Notes under the pieces: model-generated
The model's input: only the letters and a program-made list of their open reading frames with translations
Database searches by the model: none
Told to the model about the DNA's origin: nothing
Source: Lama guanicoe
Taxonomy: Eukaryota
Length of the DNA stretch: 64,000 bases
Direction of reading: 5' to 3'
NCBI GenBank assembly: GCA_013239625.1
Contig: MU053431.1
Coordinates: 1,452,485-1,516,484 of the forward strand
Shown here: positions 23,600 through 33,700 of the stretch, one piece after another
How the letters are laid out: each line of letters opens with the position of its first letter
Position numbering within the stretch: position 1 is the first letter of the stretch
Translations under genes and position numbers: made by a program

Positions 23600-25340
23600 A
23601 GACAGTAAGCCATCAAGCCGGGTGGGGGGACGGAAGCACGCAGGCCCTGCCGCGGGGAGGCGGTGGCCAGCGCCACCGGCGGCCTGGGCGTGGGAGGGGA
23701 GGGCGCAGCGCTCCGCAGGGCAGACGTGTAGACGACGGGGAAGATGCAAGAGCTGGGAGGGCACCCTTGCGCTTCTCTGCCTAGCTTCTCGGAGGACGCG
23801 GCCCTCACTCTGTTCTGACCCCGCTCATCAGCCTCCGGAAGCTGCACGCGCAGACAGGGAATGAGGGGCAGCCACGTCCGCACTGTCATGGGGGGTCGGG
23901 GGCGTTGTGGAGCGGGGTCTGGGGGCGCCGGGCGGGACCACTGCCTGAGTCCGCGCTGTGCGCCGCACGCGCCCCCTCGAGGCCACCGCTGGTCCGGCCG
24001 GCGGTGCTGTCCACGCACCCGCGTCCGGGGCTGCGGTCGGCCACCTGTCCCACGGCACGCAAAGCCGCCCCGCCCGGCCCCAGCGGGCTAGGATCCCCCT
24101 CCCCTGACCCGGTGACGGCCTCTCTTACGTCTCGGGAGCCGGCGTCCCGCACTGACAGCCAACCCGCGAGACTCTGCCTCTCGCCCCGCAGGTGCCCCCG
24201 CCCGGCCCCGCCCCGCTACCCGGGTCCAACGGCCACCGCTCGGCCCGCGCTCTCCTGGCCGTTTCCGGCGCCGCCGCCAGGGGCCGCCGCCGCGCCCCTA
24301 TGACACAGCAACAATAGGGGCCGCTCTAGTCCGCGTATCCCTCGCCGGCGCTTCCGCCGGAAGAGAGCGGCAGGGGCGGGGGCGGGCCTGGCGGGGCGAT
24401 GAGCGGCCGCTCTCGCCAATCGCCCGCGGGCCAGCGCCCGCCCCGCGCCGACGCGGCCCAATCGGCGGCGAGAGCGGCGGGTGGGGCGGGGCTAGAGGGG
24501 TCTTCCGGCGGGGCCCGGCAGGCGCCGAGGAGGAAGAGCGAGCCCGGACGGCGCCTCTCGGCCGAGTGTCGGCGCGGGCCAGGTGCGGGGGGCGCCGGGG
24601 GCGGGGACGGTTACAGGGCGGCCGGGGGCGGGGCCTGCGCTGTCGGCGGCCCCTGTTCGGGCGCTGGGTCTCCGGGGGCCGGAGGGGCTGGGCCGGGGGC
24701 CGTGCGCGGGCGGGGGCTCTCGGGGCCCGGACTCTTGGCCAGCCCGGCCGCCGCCCCCCCCACCCCAGATGCTCGGCCCCGCCGCCCAGCGCGCAGCCGA
24801 CGGCGTTGGGCATTGGGCAGTGAGGTCTGCGGGGCGGGGGGGGGCGGCCTGGCCCGGCCCCCGCGGGGAGACACGGCGGAGTTCCCCCCGCTGCTCGGCT
24901 TTTCTTTTCTAAGGGAGCGCTGCAGCCTGCCGGGCCCGTGTCCGTCAGAAACGAGGTGTTGGCAGTGTCTCTGCCCGGTGCAAGGTTTTAAATTCTCCGG
25001 AGCTGCAGATTTAAAAGTTTATTTTTAAAAGTACGGAAAGTGGTGTTGAGGAGGGTCCCCGGCTCCGATGCGGTTTGGATGTAGAGGTTATAATTGTTCT
25101 TTGTGAAACGTGAGAAGCTGGGAACCTGGCTCCTCGGGCTCAGGTACTGCCCGGCTCGGGTCCACCCCGGCGCGAGCTTCGCAGCAGGTGTCGGACAGCT
25201 CACGCCCGCTCACTTGCTCCCAGCATGGTCGAACCCGGGGGTCCGGAGAGAGGGGCTTCCACTCCGCCCGCGACGCTTCACACTCGAGGAAGAAGTTAGG
25301 GTTTCCGTGGTAGTGACGGGTCTGCGCGCTGATCCCTCTT
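23600..25340. promoter_or_regulatory. ADRM1: CpG island / ADRM1 promoter, non-coding exon 1 and intron 1
   Basis: Very high GC and CpG density. GC boxes (GGGGCGGGG), CCAAT at 24416-24420 and 24458-24462, inverted ETS pair CTTCCG-C-CGGAAG at 24351-24363, TCTTCCGG at ~24501, ARE ATGACACAGCA at 24300-24310. Donor CAG|GTGCGG after 24582 ends a putative non-coding exon 1 (~24500-24582). Confidence 0.85.
24300..24310 (+). promoter_or_regulatory. Antioxidant response element (CNC-sMAF site, NFE2L1/NFE2L2)
   Basis: ATGACACAGCA matches RTGACnnnGCA and lies ~200 bp upstream of the putative start of a proteasome gene. Confidence 0.6.
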
Positions 25341-25345
25341 TCAGG

Positions 25346-28300
25346 ATGACGACTTCAGGCGCTCTGTTTCCAAGCCTAGTGCCAGGCTCCCGTGGGTCCT
25401 CCAACAAGTATTTGGTGGAGTTTCGAGCAGGAAAAATGTCATTAAAAGGAACTACTGTCACCCCAGATAAACGGAAAGGGCTTGTGTACATTCAGCAGAC
25501 GGACGACTCCCTCATTCACTTTTGCTGGAAAGACAGGACATCTGGTAACGTGGAAGACGTGAGTGTCTGGTGGCCTGCCCCTCGTCTTAGGACTTTAAGG
25601 ACACACCTAGTCTTCAGAACAGTGCGGTGTTTACAAAGGGACACCGCAGTCTGGGCGCAGGGCGGCTGTTGTGCAGTGTGGAGTGTGGGTGGGATATGTG
25701 GAACCCTGGGTTTGGTCCTCTCATCAGCTGTTTCCTTTTGCTTATGGGTCTTTCTCATCTCAACCATTGTACAGATTTCTCCTGTCGATGTGTTTGTTCC
25801 CTTTCAGCTCTGGAGATGAGGTTCCTAGAATCAGAGAAGCTGTTTAGAGGCCCTCGCCTCAGCCCTTCAGAAAGCTTTCTCTAGAGGACATTTTGTTTGG
25901 GGTTCTTTGTTCTTCAGACTCAATCATTTTTTGTTAGGTTCGAGAGCAGGTCAGGGTTGGCTTTTTAACTCATCTTAGAATACTGCTCCCAAAGTGTCTC
26001 TACTAAAAATTCCTCAAGACCTGCAAGCTCTCTTTCCCTGTTGAGCACTGAGCCCCTCTCCTGGCCCTCCCGCCCTTCTTGGGGTGCCCCCGACCCTGGC
26101 TTACCTGCCCTGCAGAGACCCTGCTGGTGAGGGGCTTGGCAGACTTGCCCGTCTCTGTGTCCTGTGTCCTCCCCTCCCCACCCACACACACTAGACACAG
26201 GATCCGGCATGTTTTCCTGGACGTTCTGGGGCTCGACGATGCTGTTTTTGTGACGTCGACTGCCTTATCCTCTGGCTTCTTGCAGGATTTGATCATCTTC
26301 CCTGATGACTGTGAGTTCAAGCGTGTGCCGCAGTGCCCCAGCGGGAGGGTCTACGTGCTCAAGTTTAAGGCGGGGTCCAAGCGGCTCTTCTTTTGGATGC
26401 AGGTTTGTGGATTTTCTTTGCATTTTATCTTTTCTCCCTGTCACAAAATGAGGCTAGGAACTTGCTTCCTGGATGGTAGGATTTGCGTTCACAAATCAGC
26501 TGGTGCTGACAAAACACCGTTGGCCTAGAACCTGGTAATTCTAATGTGTCTCCTTTTGGTGGGGGCATGGGGGCCATGGAGGGTCCAGACTCTTGTCACT
26601 GGGCTTCAGGTGCCCTTTCGAGGTACAGGATTCCCTGGCTGACAGACCACAGTGATTTTCGGGTTGGGTCCCGTCTCTGCCTGTAATTGCGTGGCTCCCA
26701 GTGCCCTGTCCAGGGTTGCGAGGAGCCCGGACCAAAAGCCTGGTGGCCGTGCGTGGTCTCGCTGCCCGCCCTCCGCTGTGGCGCGCTCTGGGTGCAGTAG
26801 GGCTGCCTCGTGCCCCCGGAGGTGGGCTTGCTCGTGCAGTTGGTGTGCGTGTGCGCGCAACTTCTACGGATGTCGCCAGACTCCCTCCACAGGGGCTGAA
26901 CTCCTGCCCTCCCCCCAGTACTTTCTAGAAAAGGGCAGGAAAGGTTTTCCCCTTCGTGGGCTGCGTGGCCTGTGTCGCACCTGCTCACCTTTGCCAAAGC
27001 TGTGTGACAGGGGCGTGGACAGCAAGTAAATGAATGTGTGCGGCCGTGTTGCTATAAAACTTCATTTGCAAACAGATGGGGTTGTGGTTTGCCAGCTGCT
27101 GGCAGAGAGCTTGTTTCTTCAGTTTCACCAAGAAAAGCTGTCAGACTTAGAGCACATGTTTTTCGGTTCCCTCTGCCTCGAGGGTGGGGACTGTGTTTCG
27201 CCCCCCTGCCCTGTGTCCCCGGGTCCCCAGGCCCACTGCACGTGCTTAGTGACCATTGAGTCGTGGGTGCTGTCTCGCAGTTCTGGGAGTGCTCACAGGG
27301 TGGCGCTGCCTGGTGAGCCCTGCACCCCCGGGTGCTCAGTCGGTGCCCAGCCGACTGCGGGCCAGGACTGGTCAGTGGGCAGCAGTGTGAGGAACGGGTT
27401 GTCTCATTGCATCCCATGTGTTGAGGGAGAGTTCGTGGTTTTCGTTGAGTAAGGAGCTGCGTCCTGGTGGGCGGCGGGGCGGGATCTGCGTGGGGCGTGC
27501 CCCTGGGGCTTGGGTTTCTCATCTGTACGCAGGGCGCCAGCTCCTGCGGGCACGTCAGACCGATGTTCTGGTCCCCACCCTGCAGGGCCTCTCCTTGGTG
27601 TGAGTGCCTCAGGCTCCTCGCCTCTAAGGTGCTCCGTGACCGGGGCTGCTCAGGGTGCCCGTTGAATCCTCCCCGCAGGAGCCCAAGACGGACCAGGACG
27701 AGGAGCACTGCCGGAAGGTCAACGAGTATCTGAACAACCCCCCGATGCCCGGCGCCCTGGGCGCCAGTGGGAGTGGAGGCCATGAGCTCTCCGCACTGGG
27801 CGGTAACGGTCCCCTCCTGCCAGGACGTGCTGTGAGGTCGGAGGGGATTTCAGATGGCGCGGGCCACTCGTTAAATGAACATGGAGGCTTCCCAGTTAGA
27901 AGCTCCTCTCCCCAGTTGCAGAGTCAGTACCCGCCCAGTGATGAAGCAGTGTGCGAGCCTGCTGGTTAGCTCGTGCTGGGGGGCACTCGCTGGGAGCTCG
28001 GCAGCCACCAGGGGCCAGCCCCGGGCCGCCGCGGTGGGCGCGCTTTGTCCGCTGGAAGCCCAGGTCTGAGCGGCTGTGTCTTCCAGGCGAGGGCGGCCTG
28101 CAGAGCCTGCTGGGGAACATGAGCCACAGCCAGCTGATGCAGCTCATCGGGCCTGCCGGCCTCGGAGGACTGGGTAACTGCCCACTGCCCCGGGGCCTGG
28201 TCCTGAGTCGGACAGCTGCCACCTGTGTTTCCTTTAAGCGTCTACCTAGCTGTTTGAGCAGCGTCTGAATGCTTGTCCTGTGTGCTGGTGTCCCTGGGGA

Positions 28301-30013
28301 AGGGCCTGGTTTGCCTTAGCATTGGAGCTGGGAGCTGGGCCTTCAGGGCCCCTGCCCAGGGCCCCCTCGTCTGCCTGCCTTCTGCCACCTCTTGTCCAGC
28401 TCAGGGGCTTGTTGCTTTGTGTTGGACTTGGACTGCACGTTACTTGACCCCAAGCGCCTTAGCAGGGGTGGCACAGTGGGGATCTTACTTACCTGGTAGC
28501 CCTTACTCTGTGGCCGCCCCAGCTGTGCTGTGGTCACCACCTCCCCCGTTTGTCCCTTGGCTTTAGTGTGGGGTCTTTCTGCTCCTTTGGCGAGGGGTGG
28601 GGGGAGAGGTGGGCTCTCATTCTGGGCGCAGGTCTGAGTGCATGTCTCCTTGCTCCTCGTAGGTGGGTTGGGGGCCCTAACTGGGCCGGGCCTGGCCAGC
28701 TTGCTGGGGAGCGGAGGGCCTCCGGCAAGCAGCTCTTCATCCAGGTGAGCCTCATGCCCACATCCTTGGGCGCCACCAGGTGTCCCCTCTGAGGAGGAGG
28801 CTGGATGTCGGAGACACAGAGGGACAAAATAGGCACCTGGGGGGTGGGGGGGATCCTGGCAGCATGGGGATGTGTCGTGGCACCTCTGTGGGGGCGTCGC
28901 TGCTCCAGTGTGGACTCCCCTCTTCCCAGCTCCCGGAGTCAGTCGGCAGCGGTCACCCCATCCTCCACCGCCTCCTCCACCCGCGCCACCCCAGCCCCTT
29001 CTGCTCCAGCAGCTGCCTCAGCAACCAGCCCGAGCCCCGCACCCAGTTCAGGTAATGGAACCAGCACGGCAGCCAGCCCAACCCAGCCCATCCAGCTGAG
29101 CGACCTTCAGAGCATCCTCGCTACCATGAACGTGCCGGCCGGGCCAACAGGCGGCCAGCAAGGTAACACGGCTCCTTGGCTGCAGCTGGGGGTGAAGGTA
29201 CCCCCGCCCACCGACTTTCCCAGGCCTGGGGCTGCGCTGCTGCCCTGCATCTGTGCTCCTCGCCAGGCCACACCTGGTAGTCCCCTGGCTCGGGGTCTGG
29301 CGTGCTCCTCCCACGGGGGCCTCTGGGCTGACCTTCAGCCGCTGATGGCCACACGCCTGTGCCCTAGTTGACTTGGCCAGTGTGCTGACGCCCGAGATCA
29401 TGGCCCCCATCCTCGCCAACGCGGACGTCCAGGAGCGCCTGCTGCCCTACCTCCCCTCTGGGGAGTCGCTGCCGCAGACCGCAGAGGAGATCCAGAACAC
29501 GCTGACCTCGCCCCAGTTCCAGCAGGTAAGCCGTGGCCCTGCGCCCCCACTGTGCGTGCTGGGCGGGGGACGCCGCCCAGCCGCCCGCAGTGTGGCAGGG
29601 CCCTGCCGAGCGTGACCTCAGAGGAGCCGGCTTCTCCTTCGCAGGCCTTGGGCATGTTCAGTGCAGCCTTGGCCTCGGGGCAGCTGGGCCCCCTCATGTG
29701 CCAGTTCGGGCTACCCGCCGAGGCCGTGGAGGCTGCCAACAAGGGCGGTGAGTACCTGCCCGGCTGCCTTGTGGCTGCGGCCGAGCCCGGGTTGCTTCTG
29801 TCCTTGTAGCTGGAGGGCATGGGGTGGGGTCCTGCCTCCCCGCCCCTCGGTCAGTGGCGCGGGCTGCGCTCAGGGAAGGTCGGCTCACGTCCTTCACGTG
29901 TTGCAGATGTGGAGGCGTTTGCCAAAGCCATGCAGAACAGTGCCAGCCCCGAGCAGCCAGAGGGCGATGGCAAGGACAAGAAGGACGAGGAGGAGGACAT
30001 GAGCTTGGACTGA
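25346..30013 (+). CDS. ADRM1: Proteasomal ubiquitin receptor ADRM1 (Rpn13), complete, 407 aa
   Basis: Coding exons 25346-25558, 26286-26402, 27679-27802, 28087-28173, 28663-28744, 28930-29162, 29368-29525, 29645-29747 and 29907-30013; total 1224 nt = 407 aa + stop; all introns [52 protein letters not shown]... (PRU domain), Ser/Ala/Gly-rich linker, C-terminal DEUBAD region ending [11 protein letters not shown]. Confidence 0.98.
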
Positions 30014-30123
30014 GCCGTCTGCTGCCGCCGGGGGCTGGGGGCCGGGGGCCGGGCCATGCGACCGCAGCAGTGGCTCCTGCGATGCCCCGCGCACCCTCGC
30101 ACCTCCATCCCCACTTGCTAATC

Positions 30124-30129
30124 AATAAA
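30124..30129 (+). terminator. ADRM1 poly(A) signal AATAAA
   Basis: AATAAA 110 nt after the stop, followed by T-rich and GT-rich downstream sequence. Confidence 0.85.
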
Positions 30130-30351
30130 AGTCTTTTCTTTTATCTGCCAACTTGGGTTTGTCTGCGTGCCCGGGGCACCGTGCCGGCCCGTCCTCACTG
30201 TGGCCAGATGGGAGCTGCGGTGAGAAGCTTCTCCAGGTTTCTGAGGGGCGGTCCTTCCGGGGCGGGGACCCCACGCCAGGCAGAGCTACCTGTCTGACAG
30301 CTTTTCTCTTTTCAAAGTCAAAGTCAGCACTCAGTTACGTGGAGTTAACTT

Positions 30352-30357
30352 TTTAAT
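30352..30357 (-). terminator. LAMA5 poly(A) signal ATTAAA (candidate)
   Basis: The + strand TTTAAT reads ATTAAA on the minus strand, at the end of an AT-rich block ~380 nt past the LAMA5 stop. Confidence 0.6.
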
Positions 30358-30734
30358 TTTTGTTTTAAGCAGCAGGGACCAGTGGTTTACAGGTCTCTCG
30401 TACTATTAAAATGGGTGGAAAGAAAATCTCACATTACACTGAAAGATAAAAAGTATAAAAACCGTCTTACAGTATTTATCCTTTCGTTTAGAAAATCAAA
30501 CATAACTTAAACCATTTCCAGAAATAAGACTCATAACCTGTAGAACCTGGAGTCTAGATAAATACACACAAACCTCCTCTGTGAAACGGGCTGCGGGCGG
30601 TGCTGTCGGCAAGTTCTGTGGGGGGGCTGGGGTTGAGGAGCAGGACCCTGCCTGATGGGCGGCCCACCTGGGGGTCCTGCAGACCCTCCTGCGTGGAGAC
30701 CACCGGTTCTGGCAAGGGTCCGGGGGCAGCTGTG

Positions 30735-33700
30735 CTACGCGGCAGGGCAGCCGCTGGCCCCCACAGCCCCCTGCAGGCGGGCAGAGCGAGGCAGGGCCAC
30801 TGGGGAGCGGTTCACCTCCAGGTTCCTCATGCAGCCGAGGTAGACTGGAGGCTGAGGGCGCGTCCAGGTGGGGGGCCCAGCCTGCGTGGCCCTGGATTCT
30901 GGGTGCAGGGGAAGAGGGAGGGAGGGAGGCAGGTTGGCGCAGAGGCCGGGCCCTACCAGCACCCCCACCAGGCCTGTCTCCCTGGATGTCCCCTCACAGG
31001 AGGATAGGATGAGAGCAGGTGACCCCAATGCCCAGTCCCCAGGGGCAGCTCCCTGCCACCACTGTCCCCCAGGCCGAGGTCACACTCACCAGGCAGGCCC
31101 CCGAGGTGCAGAGGCACCAAGGTGTCAGCCGAGGCCACGGGCGTGGGGCCAAGGGTGCGGTTGCCTTGCAGGTCCACTTCCAGCCGGAGGGCGCGCCCCA
31201 CCTTGGTCACTGCGGGGCACAGCCTCCTTGTGGCCGGGCCGGGAGGGGCCCTCTCGCCAGCCACCGGCCAGGGGCGCTTTGCCACGTGGCTGTGGCTCCT
31301 GAGCGCCCCTGCCTGGGGGTCTGCAGCTGCCCCCTGCCCAGTCCCTCCCAGGCTCAACTGCAGTGGGGGGCGGGGGTCAGGGGTGTCCTGACATGGTGGG
31401 GTGCCCAGCTCACCGGCCAGTCGGTGCCACTGCCCATCACAGAGCGCCTCGGGGTGCGTCACCAGCGTGGAGAACTCGCCTGCACCGTCGTCTGCCCGCA
31501 GCAGGACCTGAGGGCAGGAGGAGGTCAGGAGGGCTCTGCCAACCTGAATCCCATCCTGAGACTCGTCCACACCTGGTCTAATTACCTGCTTCTCCAACAC
31601 CTGCAACTGCAGGTAGGGGGGCGCCTGGACCCGGCCCAAGTGGAAGATGAGGCCGGTGGCTGTCTGGGGCCGCACCTCCAGCTGCAGGCCCACGTCAGGC
31701 AGCGTGGCCCCCAGGCTGTCTGTGGGGAGGGGCCGTGAGAGGAGGAAGGCCTCAGCCCCAGGCCCCTCCCCTTCTGGGCATCGCTCCCACCCCCGCCTCC
31801 CCAGACCAGGAACAAGCAGGTCTGGGGACACCAGTGCTGGACAGACCTAGAGTGACGCTTCCCCCGCTGCCAGCAAAGAACAGGCCCTTCTCCAGAGGAC
31901 CTGAGAAGCAGGGTGTGACCCCCACCATCCGCGTGGGGGCCCCCAGGAGCTGCCCGTCCAACCTCAGTCTCTTCACACAACCACTGAACCCGGAGCTGCT
32001 GAAGGCCACCTGCGGGGCACAGAGGGGTGGGCCAGGTCACGTCCCTGGGGAGCCGAGGAGGGCGGACAGCGTCCAGTTGGGCCGGGGAGAGGCTGCGGGC
32101 GGTGGTTCTCACTGGGAGCTTGGGGCTGAAGCCGCTGGCAGGGAGGCCCCCCACAAAGAGAGTATGGGGCCGGGGGCCCTCCTCCCCCTGGTGCTGCTGG
32201 CCTGGCTCCTCCTGACTCCGGGCCCAGACCCCGTCCGTCACCAGCTGGATCCGAGTCTTCTCCCAGCGCACAGACACCTGGGGGTGGGGAGAGGCATGTC
32301 AGGGTGGGAGCTCCGGCGCCCTGCCCGTTGCCCAGCGCTCCTCGGCCCCTCACCCTATGCCACCGGCCAGCCCGTGAACGCTGGCGGCTCTGGACGTGCA
32401 GCTGGGGCCCTGGGCCATCTGTCCGAGCGACGAAGCGTCCATGGCTCAGGAAGAGGACCAGGGAGGGGCTGCGGGCAGTCAGTGGGGTGGCGAGGAGCAG
32501 GAGCCCTTGGGGGGCGAGTGGGCGGACAAGCATCGAGACCTGGGACCTGGAAGCCAAGCAGGGCTGTCAGCCTGGGACGGCCCGTCCCCACCCACCCCAC
32601 CCGCCCTGCCCTGCCCGGCCCTACCAGTCCCCAGGGGGCGCTGGGATGTGTGCAAACTCCAGGTGACTGGACAGGTGGCCCCCAAACTGGTAGGCGTCTC
32701 GAATGGTCCTGAGGGGGCGGGTTGGCGAGCAGGCAGGGTCCTGGGCGGGCTGCCGGCTGCGGCGGGAGGCCTGGGGGTTGGATGGAGACGCAGGGGTGCG
32801 TGGAGGCCACCTTCCACCCGCCCCAGCTCTGGCGCACACCACCCCGCACCCCACCTTCCGAGCCGCGGTGGCCCGCAGTCCTCTCGGGCCCTGCTCCAGG
32901 GCCTGGGGTGGGGCGGCCGGGGAACAGCCTGAGCTCACGTTGAGACCGCCCAGGTTCTGCTGCAGGTCAAACACGCGCTGCGGCCCCTTGAGCCTGCGGA
33001 GGGCAGGGGTCAGTGGCCGGCAGCAGGCAGCGGGGTGGCCACCAGCCCTGCCTCGATGCCTGCCCCGCTCACCGCAGCAGGAACACGTTGCTGATGCAGC
33101 CACTGAAGTTCCGGATGGTGTCGGCCTCAGGCCAGCCTCCCAGGAGGAGGCGAGGGGCCCCCGTGGGCTGGGGTGGGGGTGGGGGCCGCAGCCCCCGGTG
33201 GGGCTTCATCTGTTGAAGCTGGTCGTCCACGTAGAGCCAGACCCTGGGGGGGAGCAGTGTTTCCCCCGTCCTGCCCTCAAACCTGCAAGCTGTCCCCAAG
33301 GCCCCCAGCTCTGCTGCCCCCTCCCTGGAGACAGCACTGAAAGGCCAAGCAGGCTGGACTCACCCTGAGGCATTGCTGTAGAACGTGACATAATGGGGAG
33401 ACCCGTCGGCGAAGCCCCCTCGCGTTTTCACCTCGGTCCTCAGAAGCCGGAGTGTCATGTGGCCCTGCTGCAGGGACACCTCGCACGACCCATCCTGGGG
33501 ACAGCGGCCAGGTCAGCAGGCTGGGGGGCCCAGACTCTGTCCTCCACCGCCCGAGACCCACCCTGCTGCTGCGGCCAGAGTGGCGGGGCGGACGCACCGG
33601 GGACGCTCGGTGGTAGAGCAGCCCACTGTCCTGGGTGCTGCGGAAGCCGAAGCCGGAGTAGACGTCGCCCGTGAGGGGCGCCAGGTCGCTGGGGAGAGCC

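Noticed and set aside
25094-25345. Apparent N-terminal extension of ADRM1 in ORF 25094-25819
   Set aside because: It lies in intron 1. A clear acceptor (CCCTCTTTCAG|G ATG) sits directly before the ATG, and the spliced CDS has the expected 407 aa.
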